A stretch of 20,000 bases of DNA from Chiloscyllium plagiosum. Its lineage: Eukaryota. The translations under genes and the position numbers were made by a program. This document shows, in pieces, positions 10,417 through 19,341 of the stretch; the first letter of the stretch is position 1, and each line of letters opens with the position of its first letter. The notes beneath the pieces were generated by a model that was not told where the DNA came from, did no database searches, and worked only from the letters and a program-made list of their open reading frames with translations. The stretch lies in NCBI RefSeq assembly GCF_004010195.1, contig NC_057728.1:53904825-53924824 (forward strand), in the 5' to 3' direction.

Positions 10417-10827
10417 CTGTTGAATTTTCCCAGAAATATCTGTTTTTGTTTTCAATAACTACGAGCCCAACTTGCTCAACCTTTCTTCGGAAATATGGGC
10501 ATCATTGTCCCCTGGCTTTGCTCCATACTGTGTTCCATCTTGTTATGTAACTGAGAAGTCCAGACGTTGCATAGCACTCGGATGATTTGCCTGCTTTGGC
10601 TGAAGAGCTGGATCAAGAATAAGGCCAGCAGCATTGATACATGGGTGAGGATGAGTTGGAGTATTGGAACGTAAAGCATGAGTGCAGAGTGCTAGGATCT
10701 CCTGGTGGGTGAATGGTGTGGATATTGTGATTGAGCTGCATATGAAGTTAACATGCTGGCAGGTAAGCAATGTCATGCAGAAATATATTAAATGACTTTA
10801 ATCCTGAATGCATGGCCATGGCAAGAC

Positions 10828-11352
10828 TTTTTTTTAATTCACTTGTGGGATGTTGGTATCACTGACTGGCCTGCACTTATTACCCATCCCTAGTTGCCCT
10901 TGAGAAGGTGGTGGTGAGCTGCCTTCTTGAATTACTGCAGTCCACCTGCTGTGGGTTGACCCACAATGCCCTTAAGGAGGAAATTGCAGGATTTTGACTC
11001 AGCGACACTCCGGGAATGGTGATATATTTCCAAGTCAGGACCGTGAGTGGCTCGGAGGGGAACTTGCAGGTGGTGATGTTCCATGTATCTGCTGCCCTTG
11101 TCCTTCCAGGTGGAAGCAGTCATGGATTTGCGGAAGGTGCAGTCTGAGAATCTTTGATGGATTGCTGCAGTGCATCTTGTCGATGTTACACACTGATACT
11201 ACTGAGAGTCATTGGTGGAGGGATGGAAAATTTGTGGATGTGGTGACAATCAAGTGGTGCTGCTTTGTCCTGGATGTTTGTTGAGCTTCTTAAGTGCTGT
11301 TGGAGCTGCCCCCATCCAGGCAATGGGGGAGTATTCCATCATGCCCCTGAGT
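10828..11352 (-). mobile_element. LINE 3' end (CR1/L2 superfamily, distinct from the HER1-like family)
   Basis: Minus strand encodes MEYSPIAWMGAAPTALKKL, then IQDKAA and YMEHHHLQVPL; ends GGGCAACTAGGGATGGGTAATAAGTG..CATCCCACAAGTGAATT plus poly(A). Tail shared with the SINEs at 15800, 17568 and 18810. Confidence 0.8.
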
Positions 11353-12535
11353 TGCAGATGATCGCTTGCCTCTCTTCTCCGGGTCCTTAGGCCCAGACAT
11401 CATTGACCTCTCTGACCACGACAATTAAAGTCTCCAGTGGCACACCTATGACCCTGCAGTTCCCTCCCTACATTCCCGCAATTAGAATTGCAGCTGTCCC
11501 ATTCGGCATCAGCCTCCTCCCATTCAGCGCAGCCCCTTTATTAAGGGACAGTCTACCTTCAAGGAGAGAATGATGTACAATGTGTTATCAGCAAACAGTG
11601 TTTGGGTCCTGGCAGAGCTGAGAGACAGCCAGCAGCAGGCTATAATTATTTAAATAGGGTAAAGCCCAAAGTGACATGCTGCCAAATGAAACTGGTCAGA
11701 ACTCGTCTGAAATTATGACTCCCTGAGGCACAAATAGTGGCTCAAATCAGATTCAGGCCAAAGAGCCTGGGTTTCCTGGTTGCGGCACTGAAGACAGGTT
11801 CTGAGTACAGCCTCTAACAAACCCCTTCCTGATTCCATACATGTCCAGCAGATCTCCTCCTCTTAACCTTCAGCTAGCGCACTCCAAGAGGCTTTGCTGC
11901 ACAAACTGCACAGAGGCAACTTCCTAACGTTGCCTGACGTAAGCTGTGGATCATTCACGTCTGTGATGCAGCTGCGGGACATAATTTCTCTCTGCGCTGA
12001 ACCAAGAAACTGTCACAGATCTACCTTCTGTCGAAGTGGTGGGAGGGACACATTCAGGTGACATCTTCTAGCATCTGGAGAATGCTGTGAATAAACCAAT
12101 AACAACAACACAGAGAGAGGAAAAAACAGATGGAGAAAGCTCAGAGCTTTGAGGAGTTTATTTATCAGATAAAAGCGACCTGCCCACAATTCAACCCAGT
12201 TCAATTCCTTCATAAACTGTGTTGTTTTAATGGCTCGAATTAGTAAAGTGTCAGCTCAACTTTAATGAATTATCCTTTCAGAAGATAACGACAGCATTTC
12301 GGTTACCTCAGCAACTCTAATTGATGTTGGTGCATTCACTAATTAAAATGCATCATTCCTTGAGAGAGGAGGAAAAGATGCAGAGTGTGTTGTGCCAGAT
12401 GACTGAGTGAATCTTGCACACAGCCTGTGTTCCATTCTCCACAGATGACACTTGTGAACAGCGGAGGCTGTTGATTGGAAGCCCAGCTTTAATGTTGCAG
12501 GAGGGTTATTCACATAAATGAAGACAAACGGCAGC

Positions 12536-12600
12536 AATAACTTGGATTTATATAGCGCCCTTAATTTAATAAGACATCCCCAAGCACAGGGTAGTCAGAA
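12536..12600 (-). mobile_element. L2-type 3' tail remnant
   Basis: AACTTGGATTTATATAGCGCCCTTAAT..ACATCCCCAAG, the same tail as at 2172 and 17382. Confidence 0.5.
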
Positions 12601-12691
12601 GGCACAATTTACTAGCTTGAGGGATGATATCAGTCATTAGAGAACAAAATTTAGCATGGGAGATGAAAACTATAGCTCTTCTCTCCCCTAA

Positions 12692-12830
12692 ATTTCTATT
12701 TAATTTATGGGACATGAGCATTGCTGGCTGGTCCAACATTTATTGCCCATCAACAGTATGTCCTGGAGAAGGTGGCAGTGAGCTACCTCCTTGAATCATT
12801 GTGATGTAAGGGCACCCACAATGCTGGATG
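12692..12830 (-). mobile_element. 3' end fragment of the 10828-type LINE
   Basis: CATTTATTGCCCATC..GAGAAGGTGGCAGTGAGCTACCTCCTTGAAT..ACCCACAATGC aligns with 10850-10970. Confidence 0.75.
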
Positions 12831-12981
12831 GTCGACAGTCCTGGTAAACAAGTTGGTGAGGTATTCATTGACCAATGTTTCCATTAAGAAAACCCATTGA
12901 TGGTTCTTCACACTTACTCCACATTACCAGTGAGTTATCTTTCACCGTTACCCCTGTGGACTGATGGGTGTTCTCTAGATC

Positions 12982-13775
12982 TGATTCTTAACAATTTTTA
13001 TCAATGTGCCAAAGAAGGGATTCTATCTGGATGTGTCATGGTCGGGTACAGCAAATGCTCCGCCCAGTACCATAAGAAACTACAGACAGTTGTGAACATA
13101 GCCCGATCCATCATGCAAGGCAACCTTACATCCATTGACTCCATCTATACTTCTTTAATCAAAGAGCCCTCCCACCCCAGTTATAATCTCGTCCAACCTC
13201 TTCTGCAACACATGCACCAACAGGTTCAAGAACAGCTTCTTCCCTGCCGTTACTGGACTTCTAAATGGATGTCTCAAATTTTAAATTTTAGGTTGATCTC
13301 ATTCTTTATGCATCTTCTCTGCAGCCGTAACATTGAATTCTTTGCTTTGTTCAATTACCCTAATACACTTTGTAGGGTATGATCTGCTTGTACTGCACAC
13401 AGAACAAAACATTCCACTGTACCTCAGTATATGTGACAATAGTGAGGGCGGCACGGTGGCACAGTGGTTAGCACTGCTGCCTCACAGCACCAGAGACCCG
13501 GGTTCAATTCCTGCCTCAGGTAACAGTCTGTGTGGCGTTTGCACATTCTCCTGTGTCTGCATGGGTTTCCTCTGGGTGCTCCGGTTTCCTCCCACAGTCC
13601 AAAGATGTGCAGGTCAGGTGAATTGGCTGTGCTAAATTGCCCGTAGTGTTAAGTGAAGGGGTAAATGTAGAGGAATGGATCTGGGTGGGTTGCTCTTCGG
13701 AGGGTCGCTATGGACTTGTTGGGCCAAAGGGCCTGTTTCCACACTGTAAGTAATCTAATCTAACTCAAATCAAAT
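12982..13775 (+). mobile_element. Rex1/Babar LINE 3' fragment; tail interrupted by an HE1 SINE
   Basis: ILNNFYQCAKEGILSGCVMVGYSKCSAQYHKKLQTVVNIARSI..SIDSIYTS..IKEPSHP..QPL, then (frameshift) TNRFKNSFFPAV; 3' UTR ends CCACTGTACCTCAGTATATGTGACAAT with (CAAAT)n resuming at 13766. Confidence 0.85.
13441..13763 (+). mobile_element. HE1-type V-SINE
   Basis: GGGCGGCACGGTGGCACAGTGGTTAGC, GGTTCAATTCC, V-domain, (AATCT)n tail; same subfamily as 9535 (shared AGTG leader and GTGAAGGRGTAAA segment). Confidence 0.95.
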
Positions 13776-13884
13776 GCATCCCCTGTTCTTTCCCTGCAGG
13801 CTTTTCATTCTCACACAGCAAGCATCCTATAAAATCCTAGGCCCTTCATATATTTGATCCCATTCCGGACATGACCATCAGAAA

Positions 13885-14260
13885 ATGGAACATCACAGGA
13901 AGAGGCCATTCAGCCCAATGTACCAGAGCTGAGTCCTACTTGTTTTGTGTCTCAGAGCTCTGGATTTCTTTGCCTGTAAAGCATTTATCAGTTTTTTTAA
14001 AGTTACTACTCATCTGTTTCCACTCTCAGTTCTCTCCATCTCACTGGTTTTAATAATGTCCCCAGTTCATCTTATGTTCTTTTACTAACACAATAATCTA
14101 GGACTTAATCATTTTTCATTACTTATTGCTTCAGAACAGTTCATGATTTTGAACTGACCTAACAGCATCTCTTAATGCTACCTAATCTAAGGAGAACAAT
14201 CCCAACTTCTCCACACAAACCTCAATACCTCATCTCTTGTATTAGATGTGATGCCTGGGT
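13885..14260 (-). mobile_element. Highly decayed CR1 3' fragment
   Basis: ACAGGAAGAGGCCATTCAGCCC terminal motif; CATGATTTTGAA..CTAAGGAGAACAATCCCAACTTCTCCA. Confidence 0.55.
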
Positions 14261-14514
14261 ACCAACCATTGGCGGCCTTTAGTGAGGTTTAAGATCATAA
14301 TACACTTCATTTAATGTTCTTCTTTCAAGTTGAACCCATCTCCCAACTCAGTTAATCTATTTCACAGCACATTTAGCATTTCTCAGTTGCTAGTATTAAG
14401 AATAACTACTCACCATTTGCAAATGATGGAGGTTGGTGCTCAACAGGCGTTAATATCTAAATCGGTGTTGATCACATTTAACATGAATGATGCAGATATT
14501 TCAAAATTGAAGTA

Positions 14515-14700
14515 TAAGTATTCTCCCTCTTGGAGCATTGTTAATCTTGGAATTCTCTTTGCTGGAAGATAGGGGTCATTATTCAAGGCTGAGTTGGACA
14601 GATTTTTGTCTGACAAAGATTTATGAGACCATGATCTTATTGCCAGGCAGACTAGTCTCGAAGAGCCGAGTGGCCCAGTTCTGCTCCTAATTCCTATTTC
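14515..14700 (+). mobile_element. Old CR1 3' end
   Basis: GGAATTCTCT..TATTCAAGGCTGAGTTGGACAGATTTTTG..CCATGATCTTATTG..GAGCCGAGTGGCCCAGTTCTGCTCCTAATTCCTAT. Confidence 0.7.
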
Positions 14701-15249
14701 TGCACTTGCGTGACTCAATAGACTGGTATAATTAATAAAAAGGCAGAATGGGTAAAATGCAGGAAGACACCGATAAGCTTGCAGAACTTGCATATATTTG
14801 GCAAATTAATTTCAACATAGAAAAGTGTTAGGTATTACGTTTTACACAAGTGGTAAGGAGGAAGCACAATGTTTGGAGACTCGGGTAGTGGACTACAGGG
14901 GTCTGAGAGCACAGATCCACAAATCCCTAAAAATGACAACATGGGATAATGAGGTCACAAGAAGCAGGTAGCACATGGGTTCTTTCTAGGGAACTAGACC
15001 TGAAAGGCACAGCAATTACATTAAATACACATTGAAATTGTTCTGGAGAATAGTGGCATTGTTTCGGTCTCTATATTACAAAAAGCTTCCAGGGGCACTA
15101 AAGTAAGTGGAAAATGATTGACAAGGATGATACCAGAATTGAGAGAGTGCAACTTCTGAATGAAGATTGAAAAGACTGGGTCTCTGATCTCCACGGAAGA
15201 GAAGACCTGATGGTAACTTGGCATTGTGGGTCAATGTATGGCAGGCGGA

Positions 15250-15358
15250 TGCAGAAGTTCAAGAATGCAGGTCACCATCACCTTCTCAAGGGCAACTAGG
15301 GATGAGCAATAAATGCTGCCCAGCAGCAACACCCACATCCCATAAATTAACAAAAAGA
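15250..15358 (+). mobile_element. 3' tail of the 10828-type LINE
   Basis: TTCAAGAATGCAGGTCACCATCACCTTCTCAAGGGCAACTAGGGATGAGCAATAAATGCTG..CCCACATCCCATAAATTAACAAAAA. Confidence 0.8.
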
Positions 15359-15900
15359 AAGATTATGGAAGCCTTTGGTACAGCTGACTGAGAGAAAATA
15401 CTTTGACCTATAGGGATGATTACGGCTTGAAGTCAGAAACAGTAAAAAAAACATAGCATTTGCTAAACAACCATGAATGTGTTGAGAATTATGCTAATAA
15501 CCAATTTCACATTATTGCGTTGTATCGTGGCATGTATTGGAAGCTACACATACTGAAACACAGAAAGAGCAGATACACACATTGAGCCTGTTTCAACTTA
15601 ACAAACTAGGTAACACACCCATTCTCTGCCTCATTTCCTTGGGGCAATGTGTTGACCATTCAGACTCAACTCGCCTGGTTTAAATTTAAACAAATCTCGG
15701 CAGCTAACTTTCAGTCACCATCTCAACGGTGCATTCTCCATGGCAACATGTCTACAAGTCAGTCCATTTGCCAACCTATCAGCACACATTTCATGGAGTT
15801 TTTTTATTTTTTTTATTCTGATGTCAATCTCACTGGCTAGAATTTATTGCCCACCGCGAATTGCCCACAGGGGAGTAAAGAGACAATTCCCTTGTTGTGG

Positions 15901-15989
15901 ATCCTCCGATACTGCCTGACCTGCTGTGCTTTTCCAGCGCTACACTCTCAACTCTGATCTCCAGCATCTGCAGTCCTCACCTTCTCCTA
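15901..15989 (+). mobile_element. Penelope family A terminal fragment (89 bp) with TSD
   Basis: CTGCCTGACCTGCTGTGCTTTTCCAGC..CTGATCTCCAGCATCTGCAGTCCTCACCTTCTCCT; GTTGTGG at 15894-15900 and 15990-15996. Confidence 0.85.
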
Positions 15990-16168
15990 GTTGTGGGTCT
16001 GGAGTCAGATGTACATCAGACCAAGTAAAGACAACAGATTTCTTTCCCTAAAGGACATCAGTGAACTAGACGCATTTTTACAATAATTGGCATTGGTCAC
16101 ATGGTCACCAGATATTATATTTAATTCAAATTCAAGCTTATGTCCTTAGCCTGCCATTCTGAATTATT

Positions 16169-16576
16169 AGGAGAAAGTGAGGACTGCAGATGCTGGAGAT
16201 CAGAGTCGAGAGTGTGGTGCTGGAAAAGCACAGCGGGTCAGGCAGCATCCGAGGAGCAGGAGAATTGACATTTCAGGCAGGAGCCCTTCATCAGGAATGA
16301 GGCCTGTATGCCGAGGGGATGGAGAGATAAATGAGAAGTGGGGGTGGGGCTGGGGGGATGGTAGCTGAGAGGGCGATAGGTTAATGGAGGCGGGGGAAAT
16401 GGTGATAGGTCAGAGAGGAGAATGGAGCGGATAGGTGGGAAGGATGATGGACAGGCAGGACAGGTCATGAGGGCGGTGCCGAGTTGGAAGTTTGGAACTG
16501 GGATAAGGTGGGGCAAAGGGAAATGAGGAAACTGGTGAAATCCACGGTGGTGCCATGTGGTTGGAGGGTCCCAAGG
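16169..16576 (-). mobile_element. Penelope family A 3' end with hammerhead motif
   Basis: Minus strand LGTLQPHGTTVDFTSF (GIY-YIG end), C-rich UTR, CTGATGA-A-GGGC-TCCT-GCCT-GAAAT-GTC (16294-16267); ATTATT at 16163-16168 and 16577-16582. Confidence 0.88.
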
Positions 16577-17140
16577 ATTATTGGTCCAGTGACATTGCTA
16601 CGATGCTACCATTTCTGTCATATAAAATGGAGTTCTCCTTTACACTGGTATTCTGGTGAACGTCCTGATAATTGCAAAATGAAAAGCTTCAACAAAATGT
16701 ATCTTTTTTCAACAATAAAAATGGTCACCAGTAAATCAAATAGGGAATTCAGAGAAAAATATGTTTATACAAGGAGTGGTGAGTATATGGAACAACTGCA
16801 GGAAGGTGGACTCATAGAGTCACTTAAGGGGAAACTAGATAAACCCATAAGGGTGAAAGGGATAGAAGGAAATTCTGATGGGATAACTAAAAAGGTGTGG
16901 GGAAAGCATAAACACTGATGTGGATCCTTGTTGTAACTCAATGTAGTAATTAACAGTTTGGTTGTTTAAATTCGGTACTTCTTATATGTGGGTCAGTGTA
17001 GGTTTCAGGTAGGAAGGATATGCAATAATATTAAGAGACCCTTATGTCTGCAGGCCTCAGCTGAACATTCTTCCACATGGCAGGAATAAAATGCATGTCT
17101 TGAGGCCCCCAGTGCTGTCTTCAAGCACTGTCTCAGAGTA

Positions 17141-17262
17141 ATCACCATGGCAACGCACATTCTGTCTGGCAACCCAACATTGGAAACCCTGGCAACGCAA
17201 CACTTAAAGCCTTGGCAATCCAACATTCACCCTGGCAATGTAACACGTATGTCCAAGCAACC
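17141..17262 (+). repeat. Degenerate ~19-23-bp minisatellite with TGGCAAY-N-CAACA core
   Basis: TGGCAAC/T at 17148, 17167, 17190, 17213 and 17233, plus AGCAAC at 17256. Confidence 0.75.
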
Positions 17263-17381
17263 TGCAGCCAATCCAGCCCCAGAAACCCAGTAGCTCATCT
17301 ACACTCACCATGACAAAGCAGCACTCCCAGTCTAGGTAATCCAGCATTGGAGACTAGAAAGCTCAACCAAAAAAAATACTG

Positions 17382-17550
17382 CAACAACATGCGTTTGTAA
17401 AGCATCTTTAAAATAGTAAAACAATCCAGTGTGCCTTGAAGCCAAATTTGATACCGAGTCATGTCAGGAGATGTTAGGAAATGTGGCACAGTCTTTGTCA
17501 AAGAATATTGAGTGAGTTGGAGGGATTTCGGGAAAGAACTTGGAGATTTT
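17382..17550 (-). mobile_element. Old L2 3' fragment
   Basis: CATCTTTAAAATAGTAAAAC..AAATTTGATACCGAGTCA..GGAGATGTTAGGA..GTCAAAGA..GGGAAAGAACTTGGAG; homologous to the L2 at 2172-3390. Confidence 0.55.
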
Positions 17551-17567
17551 ATTGCCAAATGTGTGAA

Positions 17568-17880
17568 TTTTTTCTTTATTCTCCATTTCTGGCTGGCCTA
17601 GTATTGGTGCCCATCCCTAATTTCCCATGAAATAATTGGCCTGCTAGGCCATTTCAAAGGATGGTTAAGAGACAAATGCATTGCCAAAAGGTCTGGAATC
17701 ATATGGAAGACAGACCAGGTAAGGTTGGCAGATTTCCTTCCCTAAAGGATATGAATGAATCAGATGAGTTTTGCGACAGTGGTTACCATTACTGACATTA
17801 ATTCCAGATATATTAATTAATTTAAATTCTACAAGGTGCCGTAGTGGGATTTGAACCTGTGTCCTCGAAGCATTTGGCCT
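17568..17880 (-). mobile_element. tRNA-derived SINE (same family as 15800-16611)
   Basis: GGTCTGGAATCATATG..CAGACCAGGTAAGGTTGGCAGATTTCCTTCCCTAAAGGA; B box as plus-strand GGGATTTGAACC (~17846-17857). Confidence 0.85.
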
Positions 17881-17886
17881 GTACTT

Positions 17887-18221
17887 GGGAGGCACAGTGG
17901 TTCAGTAGTTAACACTGCTGCCTTCACAACACCAGGGAGCCAGACTCTGTTCCAGTTTTGGCTGACTGTGTGGAGTTTGCACATTCTCCCCATGTCTGTG
18001 TGGGTTTCCTCCAAGTGCTCTAGTTTCCTTCCACAGTCCAAAGATGTGCAGGTTAGGATGGATTGGCCATGCTAAATTGCCTATCATGTCCAGGGAGGTG
18101 TAGGCTAGATGGATTAGCTATGGGAAATGGGGAGTGATGATTATTGGGATAGGGTGGGGAGCTGAGTGGGGTACTCTTCAAAGGGCTGAATGGCCTCTTT
18201 CCACATTGTAGGGATTCTATG
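17887..18221 (+). mobile_element. Older HE1-type V-SINE subfamily
   Basis: Decayed A and B boxes, V-domain GTGTGGAGTTTGCACATTCTCCCC, internal duplication of GTGYAGGYTAG.TGGATT.GC.ATG, tail GTAGGGATTCTATG. Confidence 0.88.
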
Positions 18222-18809
18222 TAGCTGTCACATTATAAAAAGGCCACCACTGCCCCCATTTACACTAATTGCACACCGATTAAAATCACTTTTATAAACA
18301 CAGATGTCTGTTGATCTTTTTCTGTTAACACTCAGCCCCTGAAAGAGGAAATGTTTGGACGCCTTTATGAATTATGCAAATTGAAAGTGTAAGAGTTGCA
18401 AACTCATGGACAGTGAAGGGTTAATAATGTTGAGCAGGAAACAAACTGATGAATTAGTTCATGTCAGTGCAATAGTCTACAGGCGTGTATGTGCTTAGAC
18501 TGTCCTATCTGTGTGCCATGTTGATTTGTACACTCAGCAATATAATTCTTCTTAAATAAAAGATGCCTATCGCAGGAGACTGGAAATTTTGAGCAGTAAG
18601 AAAGTATCAGCACTTGGTCATAGGCCAAATTCCACTGAGGAGTATTAGTTGAATAATCACAGAACTGAGGAGCAAAACCTAACCTGGAAACAATAGTTAC
18701 TTTCGCTTATTTGAAATTATTATAAATTAGAGGCAAATATAGAAATCACAGTGTCAGAACTCAACAATGTACAACATTGCATTATAATGATGAAAATGGA
18801 ACATAAAGC

Positions 18810-19030
18810 TGATCTGTCCAACAGTGACCATGAAGCTGGTTGTTGTAGAAATCCATCTGGTTCACTAAACTCCTTTAGGGAAGGTGATCTGACATCCTTA
18901 CCTGGTCTGGCCTACATGTGACTCCAGACCGACACCAATGTGTTTATTTCTTAACTACCTCTCCAGGCAGTTAGAAATGGGCAATAAGTGCTGGCCTAGC
19001 CAATAACACCCATGTCCCATAAGCAAATAA
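18810..19030 (+). mobile_element. 3' half of the 15800/17568-family SINE
   Basis: CCATCTGGTTCACTAAACTCCTTTAGGGAAGG..CCTTACCTGGTCTGGCCTACATGTGACTCCAGACC..GGGCAATAAGTGCTGGCCTAGCCA..CCCATGTCCCATAAG. Confidence 0.85.
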
Positions 19031-19307
19031 GGAAACAGGAGTGGAAGTAGACCAGTTGGTCCATCAAGCCTATTCCGCCTTTCGGTAAGATTGTGGTGAT
19101 CTGATATATAGCTCATTTCCCTGCCTGCCTCCCAGAACTTTTGACATGCATGTCAATCAAAACCTCAGAAATGAATACACTTAGTGACTGGGTCTCACTG
19201 CTCTCTGGGGCAGAGAATTCCCAAGTCTAGTAATATTTCCCCACGAGTCAATCTACACTGTCAAGTCCACTCAGAACATCACATGATTCAATAAGGTTAT
19301 CTCTCAT

Positions 19308-19341
19308 TTCCTGAAGAAGGGCCTGTGCCCGAAACGTCGAA
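19308..19341 (+). ncRNA. Minimal type I hammerhead ribozyme motif, core intact
   Basis: Stem I TTC (19308-19310)/GAA (19339-19341); CUGAAGA 19311-19317; extra A; stem II GGGC-CTGT-GCCC; GAAA 19331-19334; palindromic ACGT helix III; GUC triplet, predicted cut after C19338. Confidence 0.7.

Larger units (their letters stand above)
9218..10453. mobile_element. Head-to-head foldback of Penelope-type family B termini (left arm ~9218-9332; right arm 9340-9407 plus 10417-10453)
   Basis: 9269-9290 is the exact reverse complement of 9386-9407 (22 bp); the right arm continues after the CR1 as GTTGAATTTTCCCAGAAATATCTGTTTTTGTTTT, matching the reverse complement of 9235-9268. Confidence 0.85.
8905..10495 (-). 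mobile_element. Old CR1 fragment (pieces ~8905-9205 and ~10454-10495); outer host of nested insertions
   Basis: CCCCTCAGGATCTTATACATTTCAACGAGGTTATCTCCTACTTCTAAA resumes as CAATAACTACGAGCCCAACTTGCTCAACCTTTC; homologous to the old CR1 at 19030-19465. Confidence 0.65.
15800..16611 (-). mobile_element. tRNA-derived SINE sharing its tail with the 10828-type LINE; carries two Penelope insertions
   Basis: TTTATTGCCCA tail, core GGGTCTGGAGTCA..TTCCCTAAAGGACATCAGTGAAC, head GTCCAGTGACATT..GCTACC; homologous to 17568-17880(-) and 18810-19030(+). Confidence 0.8.
15600..16715 (+). mobile_element. Putative Penelope-type 3' terminus (family C) with decayed hammerhead; pieces ~15600-15798 and 16611-16715 (left boundary uncertain)
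   Basis: GTC-CTGATAA-TTGCAAAAT-GAAA-AGCT-TC-AAC at 16662-16693; continuity of the two pieces is inferred from a remembered shark repeat (CATGGCAAC..GCCAACCWATCAGCAC..TATAAA..GGTATTCT). Confidence 0.5.
14720..16945 (+). mobile_element. Old CR1 RT and 3' UTR in pieces (~14720-15222, 15360-15440, 16716-16945); outer host of nested insertions
   Basis: MQEDTDKLAELAYIWQINFNIEKC*VL, IHKSLK, LTRMIPELR, RLKRLGL; resumes at 16716 as KMVTSKSNREFREK..GKLD. Confidence 0.7.

Noticed and set aside
10680..10767. Strong donor CAG|GTAAGC after ISWWVNGVDIVIELHMKLTCWQ (faintly Ig-like)
   Set aside because: In-frame stop 27 codons upstream, no good acceptor, and motif order does not fit an Ig domain; a very old LINE on the minus strand is possible but unsupported.
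12897..13382. 161-aa ORF as a host gene
   Set aside because: Rex1/Babar RT C-terminus with internal deletions and a frameshift.
13779..13860. Strong acceptor CCCCTGTTCTTTCCCTGCAG|G
   Set aside because: Stops in all three frames within 60 nt, no donor, and it runs into a CR1 relic.
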